From NCBI RefSeq assembly GCF_018350175.1, contig NC_058382.1:60452001-60516000 (forward strand): a stretch of 64,000 nt of DNA, given 5' to 3'. The notes below the pieces were generated by a model, which saw nothing but the letters and a program-made list of their open reading frames with translations, had not been told where the DNA came from and made no database searches. How positions within the stretch are numbered: the stretch's first letter is position 1; each line of letters opens with the position of its first letter. The stretch is from Felis catus. Its lineage: Eukaryota. Positions 1 through 10,938 of the stretch are shown here, piece by piece. Made by a program: the position numbers and the translations under genes.

Positions 1-1219
1 TGACGCCCCGGGGACACACGCCACTGGGCACGGGTCCAGCCCCTTCTGGTACCGATGGGGAGACGGAGACCCCGCTGGGGAGGTCTAGCCCAGGTCGTGG
101 GCCACTGAATGACCTTGAGAAAGCCGTGCCCTCTCCAGCCTCACTTTGCCCTCTGTGGAACGGGGACAGTGAGTCCTTACGTGGCTGTGCCAGCAGCCTC
201 AGCACACATGGTCTCAGTACATAGCAGGCTGTAAGGTAAGGTACGGCACCCCATTTTACACCCGAGAGAATGAGCCCAGAGAGGTTAAGAGGCTTGCCCC
301 TGGACACACAGCCTGTAAGCACCCAGGCAGCGATCTGACCCCAGGTCTGGATTCAGGTTGATTTCCCTTCGTGCCCAATGCCTGCGCCCCCACCCCCACC
401 CCAGGCACCTGGAACCTTTCTTTGGACCCTCCTGGTGGCAGTTTCGTGGGCCAGAGGTAGTGCTGGGGGGTGGGGTGCCTGGGCACGCGCTAACCGCCGG
501 GAGGCCGGCTCTGGCCTCAGGGCGAGGGCGGCTTCCCTAGCGAGCTGTACCCCCGGGCCCCCCAGGGGGAGGGGGCTCGCTGAGGCCCTGGGGGCGGCCT
601 GCTTTCCTGAGGAGAACACTCGGGTTGCGGGTTGCCAGACTAGTGGGGGTGTGGTCTGGTGCACCTCGCCCCGCCCCCACCCTGCTGCCCATGGCCCGTG
701 ATCTTATCCCCATTCAGCACCTCGACGCCCTTGCACACGGAGGATGCGCAGAGAAGGGTGTCCCCGGGCGGCAGCACCTGCCCGTGCAAAGGCCCTGAGG
801 TGGAATATGGCGAGTGGGCAGCAGCCTTCTGCGGGGTGGGGGTGGGGCCGGGGCACAGAGACCCCAGGCAGAGCACGGGGGACCCCCCCCACCCCCAGCA
901 TCTCCCAGGCTCAGAGCATCATCGTCCCCCCTGGGATGGCCACAGGCCAGGAGTCCAACAAGCCTCGTGCTCTGAGACCTGGTGGCCCCTCGGTCCCTTT
1001 CCCCAGTGGCAGGCCCCTCAGGGGTGGCCCCTCGGCCCACCCAGAGACAGTGGCCGGGGTGCCGGGTCAGGGGCCCGGCCTCCGGTGCTGGCTCTTGTTC
1101 ATTATTACTATCTGCCCCTCATCATCCGCATCATGTCTGTCCCCGGGGCCCGTGCTCCTGCCCTGCCTGAGCCTCGGCCGCTGGGTCTGGGCGGCCGAGC
1201 CTGTGGCAGTGCGCCCGGG

Positions 1220-1920
1220 GCCCCCTTATCGCCACCGCCATCACCACCGCTGTTAGGTGCTGTGTGCTAATGGGGGCGCCCCGATCTACCAAAGGGCAAG
1301 TGGCTGTTACTGGTGGACTTTGACCCCGGTGGCTTTCCAGGGGAGCCGGGCCCCTTATCTGATCTGCTCGCTGGGGCTGCACGGGGTGGGTGGGGGCGGG
1401 GCCGGGGAAAGAGCTGGAAAAAACAGCCGGGGTTGCACCTGGCACAGGCCGCGGTGATAACGCAGCGATGGGCGAGATAAGGCGGCGGGGAGCGAGCTCT
1501 GCCTCTCGGGCGGGCCCAGCGCGGCTCCCGCGCGATGGCTGGGGCTCGAATGCCAGCCGCGTTGATTTATAGCCAAAAATAATAGGACTTTTATACTGTG
1601 TGATTGATTTATTTGATGTTAATCACAGCCCTTATCTTGGGTATTAATAATCTGCCGGGCGTGTGACGTCACCAAGGGGGGGCTTTTATGGGAGCTCATC
1701 GATTGGGGGCTGCGTGGTTATCAGGCTCAGCAGGGAAGGCAAATATGCCCTTTGGGCTGGACCCGGGTGCCGGGCCCGGCTGGAGGGGCCCCCAGCTGCC
1801 GGTGAAGGAGACCAGGGAGCCTGCACGGCCGCCCGCTGGCCTGGGTGTGCCCGTGAGGCCACCCTGCCCTCTAATTATTAGCGGCCCCTGGAAGAGCAAT
1901 TGTTGCTGCAATTAATGAGG
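1220..1920. promoter_or_regulatory. Putative intron-2 enhancer: GATA cluster with AT-rich homeodomain motifs and a CRE
   Basis: WGATAA-type sites at 1355, 1455, 1475, 1632, 1718; TGATTTAT 1563 and 1605; TGATTGAT 1601; palindromic gTGACGTCAc 1663-1672; local AT-rich island in GC-rich DNA. Confidence 0.6.
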
Positions 1921-2117
1921 GGATGAGGGGCTCTGAAGGCCAAGGAGAAAACTGAGGTGTCTGTGCCCCCATTAGCGCAAGCCCGGTGTGGAGGGACCTC
2001 GGGCGCGTGCTCACCGCCTGGGTCTCGGTGTCCCTCCTGGCCACGGGGGGGCGGTGGGGAGGTGGGCGACGCGGTGCCCGGAGGTGGCGGGACCTGACCG
2101 TGTTTTCCTGTCCGCAG

Positions 2118-2240
2118 ACGCCAATCCCCCGCCCCCACCATCGCCACCACCCGCCACATCCCCAGGAGGCCCCGAGATGGAGGGGCAGGAGCCAGAGGCC
2201 AGGCTGGAGGAGGAGCCGGGCAGCTCCTGGAGCGGGCCAG
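2118..2240 (+). CDS. ZFPM1: ZFPM1 coding exon 3 (123 nt, phase 1-1): (D)[40 protein letters not shown]
   Basis: Acceptor tgttttcctgtccgcag|AC, donor CCAG|gtaacc. The peptide resembles human FOG1 DVNSPPP..EEEPGSPWSGP (recalled). Confidence 0.93.
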
Positions 2241-2278
2241 GTAACCACACCCACGGCCGGGGGCTGCCGTCCTGCCGG

Positions 2279-2313
<35 letters not shown>

Positions 2314-5300
2314 GGGCCTTGGCTTCCGGCCGAGGAGGTTAGTGGCGACCCTCCGGGCCGGGGCCCGTGCCCGTTCCGAAGTCCAGGCAGCCTGTGGGGC
2401 CGGCGATAGCATGGGAGGAGGCCACCAAGCCCTGTCGATGCCCAGAGCTAAACCCCTTGCCCACGCGCTCTGAGGGCTCCCAGGAGGCAGTGTGCCTGGC
2501 TGGGGGAGAGGAGCAGGTGGTGAGGCCAGCGAGAGGCATCGCAGGAATTGGGAGCCACGGAGGTGGATGCCTCTGCGTCCCAGCTGGGCTGGGGGTTCAG
2601 GCCTGTGCAGGGTGGGAGAGGGCCCACCCCCCGGCCCCCGGGTGACCGCAGCCGCAGGGTCGGGGGGCAGGAGTTGGCTCCCAGCTGCCCGGTGCTGGAG
2701 CAGGGGAGGGTCTGAGGGAGGATTTGTGCTGCCCATCCCCCTGCCCGAATCCTGACTTTGGAGGTCCTTCCAGATGGTTCTCCCTGTGCTCCTAGCAGTG
2801 CAGGGAAAGCTGGGCGTGTCTGCTGTTTCTGTTTGTTCCGGGGAACGCAGGGTGGCGGGGGCGGGGTCGTGGGGCCGCGTGTCTGTGCGTCGGCGAGGGT
2901 CGGCGGGCACGGTCTCGGTGAGGGGACGCTGTGCACTTGGGCCAGGCGTGCGTGGATGCAGGAAGCATTCACTGAGTGCTTGCTGAGTACCCGTCTTCTA
3001 GCTGTGAGCAAACAGTCCTCAGGGAGGGTGCACGAGCAGCCCGAGGAGGCTGTGGCCGGGGGAGAGGAAGCACCCAGGTGGGGCAGGGACAGGCTCTGCC
3101 AGGGCAGAAGGGACCCGAACCCCTCCTCTGAGGGCCCTCGGGGGCCAAGATAGGAAGGGTGTCAGAGATGGTCTCCCTCTAGGCTCAGGTTGAAAGTCCA
3201 TGTGGACCTCTTGGGGGGCAGGGGAGGGGGTGTCCCCAAGCCTCGGGAGAAGAGAGCCGTGATTGACTAGTGATGTCTGCCACCGGCTCCGGCGTAGATG
3301 TGGGGACACGTATGCCCCCCGGTTCCCCTCATGATTTAACACAGCCCGTCCCACACAGGGACAGTGTGGGCAGTCTGAGGCTGTGGGAAGGACGGGGTGG
3401 CCTGTCGGTCGCACCAAGATGGCAACCCCACATTTTCTGTGCCCTCTCATTCTCTGCCCTTTCCACCTGGATGGGCCACCGTGTTGCCCAGGAGTGGAGC
3501 ACCCTGGGTAGGACGGTGCTGGGGGTCCCCTCTGCTGCCCCCAGCTCAGCAACACTGCTTCCCTTCAAAACAGACTTGGCCGCCACCCCCCCTCTTGGGG
3601 ACCTGTTGACGGCAGAGGAGGGGCCCCGGGTGCCCTGGCAGAAATGTGCCCGCGGTGTGGCCTGTTCCCACCAAGGAGCACCTGGCAAGGGACAGGCCAC
3701 AGGGCCACATGTCCTTGAGGTCCTCACGGCCCTCAGGGCTGAGCCAGACGCCGGTCTGCTGGGTGCTGGGGTCCACACGGGGGCCTTTCCGCCCACAGGA
3801 TGGTGCTGCGCGGGCTGGGCGGGGACCCCGTGGTCAGACTGCGCTACCTGCCTTAGTTTCCCCAGCTGCAGATGAGGTCACAACAAGGCGCCCACAGCAG
3901 CCAGGTCAGCACTGCCCCAGGCCCCATGGACCTCATGTTCCAGTCTTTATGAGGAAACTTCCTGCTGGGGGGGGGGGGGGGAGTGGGGACCACCCATGTG
4001 CCTGAGGGACCCGGACCGGCCACTGGATAGAGTGGCCCTGGGGAGGAAGAGCCCCAGGCAGCGTCACCCAGGCTCTGAGGCGGGCACGGGGGTAGCCCCC
4101 CCAGTTTATGCAGGAGACTCGGGTGCAGAGTGACAGAGGGACTTGTCCAGGGTCACCCAGCTGGAAAGTGGCAGAGCAGGGTCCAGACCGATCCCCGGCT
4201 CCAGAGCCGGGGCCGCGACTGTGTGACTGTCCCAGTGGGGCCCCATCCCCCTGTCAGTGCAGTCATCACCCCCATTTCATAGACGGAGGAACAGAGCCTC
4301 CTGGAGATGGGAAGCTGACCCCGGGGCACCGGCCGGCCCGAGGGTGGCCGTGGTTTAGGGCTGGAGCGCCTCGGGGGGCTTCCTGTGCTATTTGCATCCC
4401 TGGGGCCGGGGGCTCCCCGTCCGTCGCCGCAGATAGCAATTTCTGTGCAGTGGGCAGCGATGGGCCGATAAGCGGCCGCTGGCCAACCGCCGTGGTGCCT
4501 GCCCCCTATCAGACCCCGGGCAGGCCACACTTATCGCCCGCCAGGGAAGCCAGAGGGGCCCAGTGGGCCCTTATCTGAGAGGGGCCGCCCGTGCCAGCGA
4601 TGGGGCAGCAGGGCTTTGCCAGGGCCTGACCAGGCCGGCGTCCCCGAGGGCAGTGCCCAGGGTGGGGGTGTGCGGCCGTGGCCCCTGCCCACGAGTCCCG
4701 CGCCCCACCCCCCTCGCCTTGTCTGCCCCCTTCTTGCCACTCTGCCCATCCCGGTTGAGCATCTACCCCCCCCCGTGTCTCTGAGTCTATCCCCAAGCCT
4801 GGAAAATAGCCCTGGCTGTACCGCCTGGCTTGGGGACACCAGCTACCTTCGCCCTCTGGATGAAGGTGACCAGCTTGGACCACACGTGCACCTTGCACCG
4901 TCTGGCTCTGGGGAAGGGCCTGGCCCCGAGCCTCAGTTTCCCATCTGGCCTGCGCGAGGCACAGAGCTCCGTGCACACCGGTCGCCTTCCTGGCTGCCAT
5001 CTGCCAGTGAGGGCCAGGGGTCGTGGGTCTCCCAGGCACCTCCTCCCCGGGTCAGACCCGTGGTCAGGGAGCCCAGGAGCCGGTGACAACAGCCAACAGC
5101 CCAGCGGAGAGACTGGGCCTCGGTGCCTCTCTGCAGCTGCACAGCGGGTACAGGGGGGCCGCTCTGCCCCGGGGGCAAGGCCCAGAGCAGCCGGCCACGA
5201 GCACCCCCGGGAGGCGCCCCCGGGCAGCAGGCAGGAGGGCCTCGGTACACACTGCAGACACCAGCGAGGTCATGGATGTGCGAGGGCTTCGTGGACACCG

Positions 5301-8300
5301 GAGTGCACATCCGGGACCCGTGAGGGGCCCGGTCCCGCCCCCGCCCGACACCTGGTGGCCCCAGAGCTCCAGAACCACGCTGGGGAGGTCCTCAGGGATG
5401 TGTTTCCACTTTGAGAAGTTGTGAGCTCCGTCAGCGGCCTCAGCTGTCGTGGGTCAGGCGGGAGTATGGCCAGTGGCGCGGAGGGCAGGGCACAGACCCC
5501 CGAGCGTGCCTGCCCCGGAGGGGCTCCAGCTTTGCCAACCTCTCTGGGCCTCAGTTTCCTCATCTGTATGATGGAGCTAAGGGGCCTGTGAAGGGGCTAC
5601 GCCCACAGCACGCAGAGAGCCGCAGTGTTGTCTCCCTTCGCCGGCGGCCTGGGCTGGGATGTCATGTGGAGAAGCCACTCTCGGGGCAGAAAGAAAGGCA
5701 CTGCCCGCTTCAGCTGCCAAGCAGGGGGCCCGAGGCTGGGCGAGGCCGCCCTCCGCTTCCTGCGTCCCTGCGAGTGGTTTGTGGCCCAGGGTGAGGCCGG
5801 CTCCGAGGTGGCCCCGCAGTGCGGTCTCAGGGATAGATGTCCCCTCTCTGCTCTGAGCAGCGGGACCGCAGCTGCCCCCTGGGGCGGGTGAGGGCCTGGG
5901 CAGAGCCCCCCCTCCCCCCAGAATTAGGTGGATCCTCCCTGTATCCCAAGGAGCCGTGTGCTGGGGTGTCCACCACGCTGGGAGCCCCGACCACACCAGT
6001 GAGGGGACTGTGGAAGTCCCCGAGGGGAAGGTGGCCCCCAGACGGGCCCCATAGGGCAGGGAGGTCCTCGGGTCAGAAGTGCAGAGCCCGTGCAAAGGCC
6101 CCGGGGGTGAGACCGAGGCCTAGCCAGGAGGCCCTGGAGCCCAGTCCCAGGTCTGTAGGGAGGGCGCTTCAGCCCGTGGTCGGGAAAGCACCCGCTGGGG
6201 CTCAGGGACGCGGGGATGCTGGGCTGGGGGCTTTGAGGGGAAAGGTGGTGGGTGGCAGGAAGGGGGAAGGCTCAGTATTTTTATCTTTGAAATGACCTTG
6301 TTTGCCGGAGGGGCTGGCTGTTTAAAATTCTGATATGCAAATATCTGAGAGCTGTAATCTGTAATCCCCAAAGCATGTCTGGAGGGCAGCTGGCCACGAG
6401 CTTTCTGCCTGAAAGGGGTCGGCCCCTCACTCCACGACCCCCAGCCCTCCTGCCATTCATCCGTCCCCTCTCCCCCTCTCGGTCTCCCCACTAACATCTA
6501 AAAGAAACAGGTCAGGCCGGAAGGCCGGCCTCCGTTCAGACTGAGCCTGGAGGGTCCCATCCTGGGTGGGGGTCCTGGGCGCGTCACCCACCTCCTGGGC
6601 CCCATCTGAGCCCCTGTGCAGTGGCCGTCAGCGTGCCCTCGGCCTGCCTGGCCGGGTCACGAGGAGCCAGGATGAAGGGAACGGCTCTGGGGAGTCCCAG
6701 GGCGTCCGGGAGCCTCCTCTGCAGCCAGCCTCATGGCGTGGGACCCCCTCCCGCCTGAGCAGCCCCTCTGCCGGGCCGCCTGGGGCTGGGCCGCCTCCTC
6801 CGGCCTCCCTTGCTGCCTGGTGAGCCTGGCACAGGGCAGGCAAGGCCCGGATGCCCCGGATGGGGGCCAGCGTGCAACCGCTGCCGAGTGCAGGTGCCAC
6901 GCCGGGTGGGGGCCCGCAGGGGGGCGTCAAGTAGCCGTGAGGGTGGCCTGGGCTCCATGGGCCCGGGAAGGGGGGAGGTGGCCAGGGGCACACTTGGTGG
7001 TCAGCTTGGCCGGGGGTGGGGGGCCCCGGCCTGTGGCCTGGCTTTGTGATCAGGGCCCCAAGAGTGGGGTTCCTTTCACCCATAGGAGCCTCGGAGCCTG
7101 GAACTCTTTCCCGGTGACCACTGTTCACAAAACAAAATCTAATTGGCCAGGCATCCGGTGTTACCGTTTATGTCCCCATCTCGGGCCCTGGAGGCAGAGG
7201 GGGGAAGGCTGGCCATGTCCTCACGGCACTGCGGGTCAGCAGAGACATCCCTGAGCTGAGGCCAGAGGACCAGCTGGAGTGGGGTGAGGGTGTCCGGGCA
7301 GTGCAAAGGCCCTGAGGTTTGAACAGCGTGGGTGGGTGTGGCTGGAGCGTGAGACAGAATGGGCGCAGGTGGGTCAGGGTTGGGGCTCCGTGCTGTGGGG
7401 TGTAGGGAGATGCCTCTACGGTCTTGACATAAAAGGAAGGGCTGGGGGATTTCAAGCGAGGTGTCTGGTCAGCTGCCATGCAGCAGCTGGGTTGAAGGAG
7501 CACCCGCAGGGAGCACGGTGCCGTGAGGGGCCAGAGGCGGAGCTGCCTCCTGCTTGAGCACTGGAGCCCGATCCCCCCACCCCGGGGGTCCTGGGGAGCC
7601 TGCTGGAATCTTCACCTCTGGAGCGTGAGCAAGGGCGCCGGGCCGGCTATCTGGGCTGTGCTCGGCTGACTAATCTCACTGCCGGAGTTTCTAGGCAAAC
7701 CTCAAGGTCTGTTATCGGGCGGCGGGCGGTCGGGCCGCCAAGGCAGGACGGCCTGTCCTGATGGACAGCCCGGGAGATGGACCGATACGGCCTGGCCGCA
7801 CGTCCCCTCCCAGCAGCGCGGCCTGCGTGGGTGGGAAAAAATCATTTCGGCTATTTTGCGTTATCGTGGGGCCCGGCACTGCCACCCGATAGGCCTATTT
7901 GTCTTAGATTAACAGATGGGGGAGGGGCGAAGGAGAGGGTGATGGTAGATGGCAAGGGTCAGCCCGGGGTCAGCTCCAGGGGCCAGAGTCGGCCACCTCT
8001 TCTGGGTGTCCCAGGGGGACGTGGGCCCTGAGACCCGCCCGCTGGGCCCTGTGCCTGTCCAGACCCCCTTTCCCGGCCGAGCAGACGGAGATTCCAGGAG
8101 GTGGCGGAAGGCCCGGGGTGGGCGGGCTGCGTGTCCCCGTGGTCAGCCAGCCTGCCCGCCTTCCCAGCTGTTTACAGACACCTGCAGGGGGCCAGCCGTG
8201 CCGCTGCTCCCGGCAACAAGGGGGGGTGGTCCTGCCCTCTTGGAGCTGTGTCGTGGGGGTGACACAGGCCTTCGGGCCAAAACATCCTGGTCTCTATGGC

Positions 8301-10907
8301 CCAGGAGCCGGCACGAGAAGGTGGTTCGTTCACTCCACGGACACTTGTATGTTAAACACCTGCTTGGGGCCCGCAGCGTCCAGGTGGCCAGGGCACTGAG
8401 GTTCGAGTTAGGGAGACAGAGACAGAATTAACCAGAAGTGACGACGTCACGCGGCCGAGGGGTGAGGCTCTGGAAAAAGAGAGGGAGCGATGCCGAACAG
8501 GCCTGGCCGAGCCCACGGGCCAGAAGAGGGGGGGAGCCGCTGGGGACGGTGCACTGGGCACAGGGAAGGCCAGAGCCCCAGGGCCAGAGTGCGCCCCGCT
8601 GGGACTGGGGCGGGCGCAGGGGTGAGGAGGGAGGAGGCAAGCTCAGATCAAGGGGGCGGCATCCCATAGGAAATGGGGTTCAGCTGTCACAGGCTGAGGG
8701 TCGCCCGTGGGCTCTTGCCAGGACACTCTCCCCAGACCGCTGGTCCCTGGGCCAGAGAAGGGGCCTGAACCCCTGGCTGGCATCCACCGCCACAGCTCAG
8801 GCCCACCCACCCCTCTGAGCAAGGCCCTGTAGACAGGGCCCCCAGGACACGGCTGAGGTAGGGGCCGTGGCCTCCGTGGCCGCCTGTCCCACACGGATGC
8901 CACCTCTTGCGCTGCTCGGGGGGGCACCAGGCCACACCCGGCACCCCCGAAAGGCCGTGCGCAGAGAGGGGGCATCCACAGTCAGAGCTCGCTGCCCGTC
9001 TCTGTGGGGAAACTGAGGCACGGAGCTGGCAGCGTGGCGTCCCCCACGGCTGGGCTGCTGATCCCTCGCCCCCGGGGCAGCCCCTACCCACGGTTAGTGG
9101 CTCCCCACCCGGCACCCAGATGGGCCCTGGCCGGATGGCTCGCTGCCGCGGCTGGCTCCATCGTCCGCCTCACCCCACCCGGGGGCCGGGGCCCGTGAGA
9201 GGCGCAGGCGGTCAGCGGGCGTGGCACCAGGACGCGAGGACCACCGTCCGCCCGGCGGCTCCCGCCAGAGCTCACTGCCCCCTGGTTTGCGCTCTTATCT
9301 ATTGAGCACCTCCCATGTGCCGGCCCCTGTAACGGACACCGGGGACACCGCAGGAACAAAAGAGACCAGCCACTGCTCTCCTGCAGCCCCGGCCCATGAC
9401 AGAGAGCGCCGTGAGGGGCTCGGACACTAACCGAGAGAAACACAGGGGAGCGCGTGGCAGCTGGTGCTGGGCGAGGAGATGCCCCTGACCCGCGGGGATG
9501 TGCACAGACAGCACCCTGGGCCGGGGAGCAAGCTGCAGACACCCTGGGTAAGCCGGCCTTTACAGCGCAGCCGAGCAAAGGCCCTGTGGCGGGGCCGCAG
9601 GGGGTGGACTCGGGAGACAAGCTGACGGAAATTTGGCAGCAGGTGCCGTGCTCCCCGTTTTACAGATGCGGAAACTGAGGCCCGGAGAGGTTCAGTGACC
9701 GTTTCTGGCCACCACCACCGGGCGCTTGAGTGGCCTGGGTTCGCGGCCCTGGTTCCCGGGGAAAGGTCCCCTCACCCAGCCCCTCTTGGCCTTGTCACAC
9801 GTGGTGCCCAGGGGCTTTCCGACGCCTCCCGGGGTGTAGACTCTGCCTGGCGGAGGGCGAGGGGGCGGCACAGCACCCGGCAGGGAGCATGGCCGGGGCC
9901 TGAGTCCTCGGCCGTCCCGGCGGCGGGTGGGGGCCCGGGCCTGGCCGCCTGCCCCGTGCCGCCCGCTGACCTCACCGGCCTTCCGGGAGCGGCTATCTGT
10001 GGCCAGGGTGGCCTATCTTGGCCGCGGGCGCTAATCGAGCCCGGCTTCCTCCTCCGCCCTCCCACCGGCTTCCTGCCCCGGCCAGACCGCCCCCTGGCCC
10101 CAGGCCGTGTCTGAGCGTCCGTCCGTCCGCCTTTGCTCCGCCAGCGCCTCCCAAATGTCGGTGGGCTGCAGGTCTGGGTCCGCCCGCCCGCACCTGGGGG
10201 GCCCCTTCCAGAAGGTCCCCTCGCTGTCCTCCTCCGGGGCCCAAACCCAGACTCCGCACAGCCTGGCCGCGTGGCCTGGGGCCTCCACGAGGAGGTGGCC
10301 GCAGACGCACCTGGGAGACACCCGGGGGCTGGCGGGGTTGGCGCGTGACAGCAGGCCACAGCCGCCACCGCCGTCCACGCCAGCAGGGCCCTCTTCCCAG
10401 GACCAGCACCGGCACAGCCCCTGGGCCGACAGAGGGACTCCTGCTGTTGCTCACGTTGTCACCGTCGCTGTCACTGACACGGTCAGTGTCCCTGACTCCG
10501 GCATCGTCAGCCTCGCTGTCCCCGTCCCGTTACCCCGGGCCTGCGGGGCACCGCTCGCACCGGGGCGGACCTGGCCTCCAGCTGGTCCCCTTCTGTGGGC
10601 CGGGGCCGCCGCTCTGGGGCGGGGGCAGGCCGTCGGGAGACATGACGGGGGCCGGGCAGGGCGCAGCGGTCCCTGGGCACCGTGTGGGTCCTCCCTGTGG
10701 CCATGTGGCCACGGCTGGGGCCTCCCGTCAGGCTATTCCTTCTCCAGCTGGCTCCCCCGGCCCCACCTGACAGGCAGGGAAACCGAGGCTTGGCGAGGTG
10801 CGGCGGCTCTGTCGGACCCCCCCGGGATGGGAGCCAGGCCCCCACCTGCAGCACCCCCGCCCGCCCCTGGGGACCCCTCCCCTGCAGCCAGCACTGGCTC
10901 TTTATGT

Positions 10908-10938
<31 letters not shown>

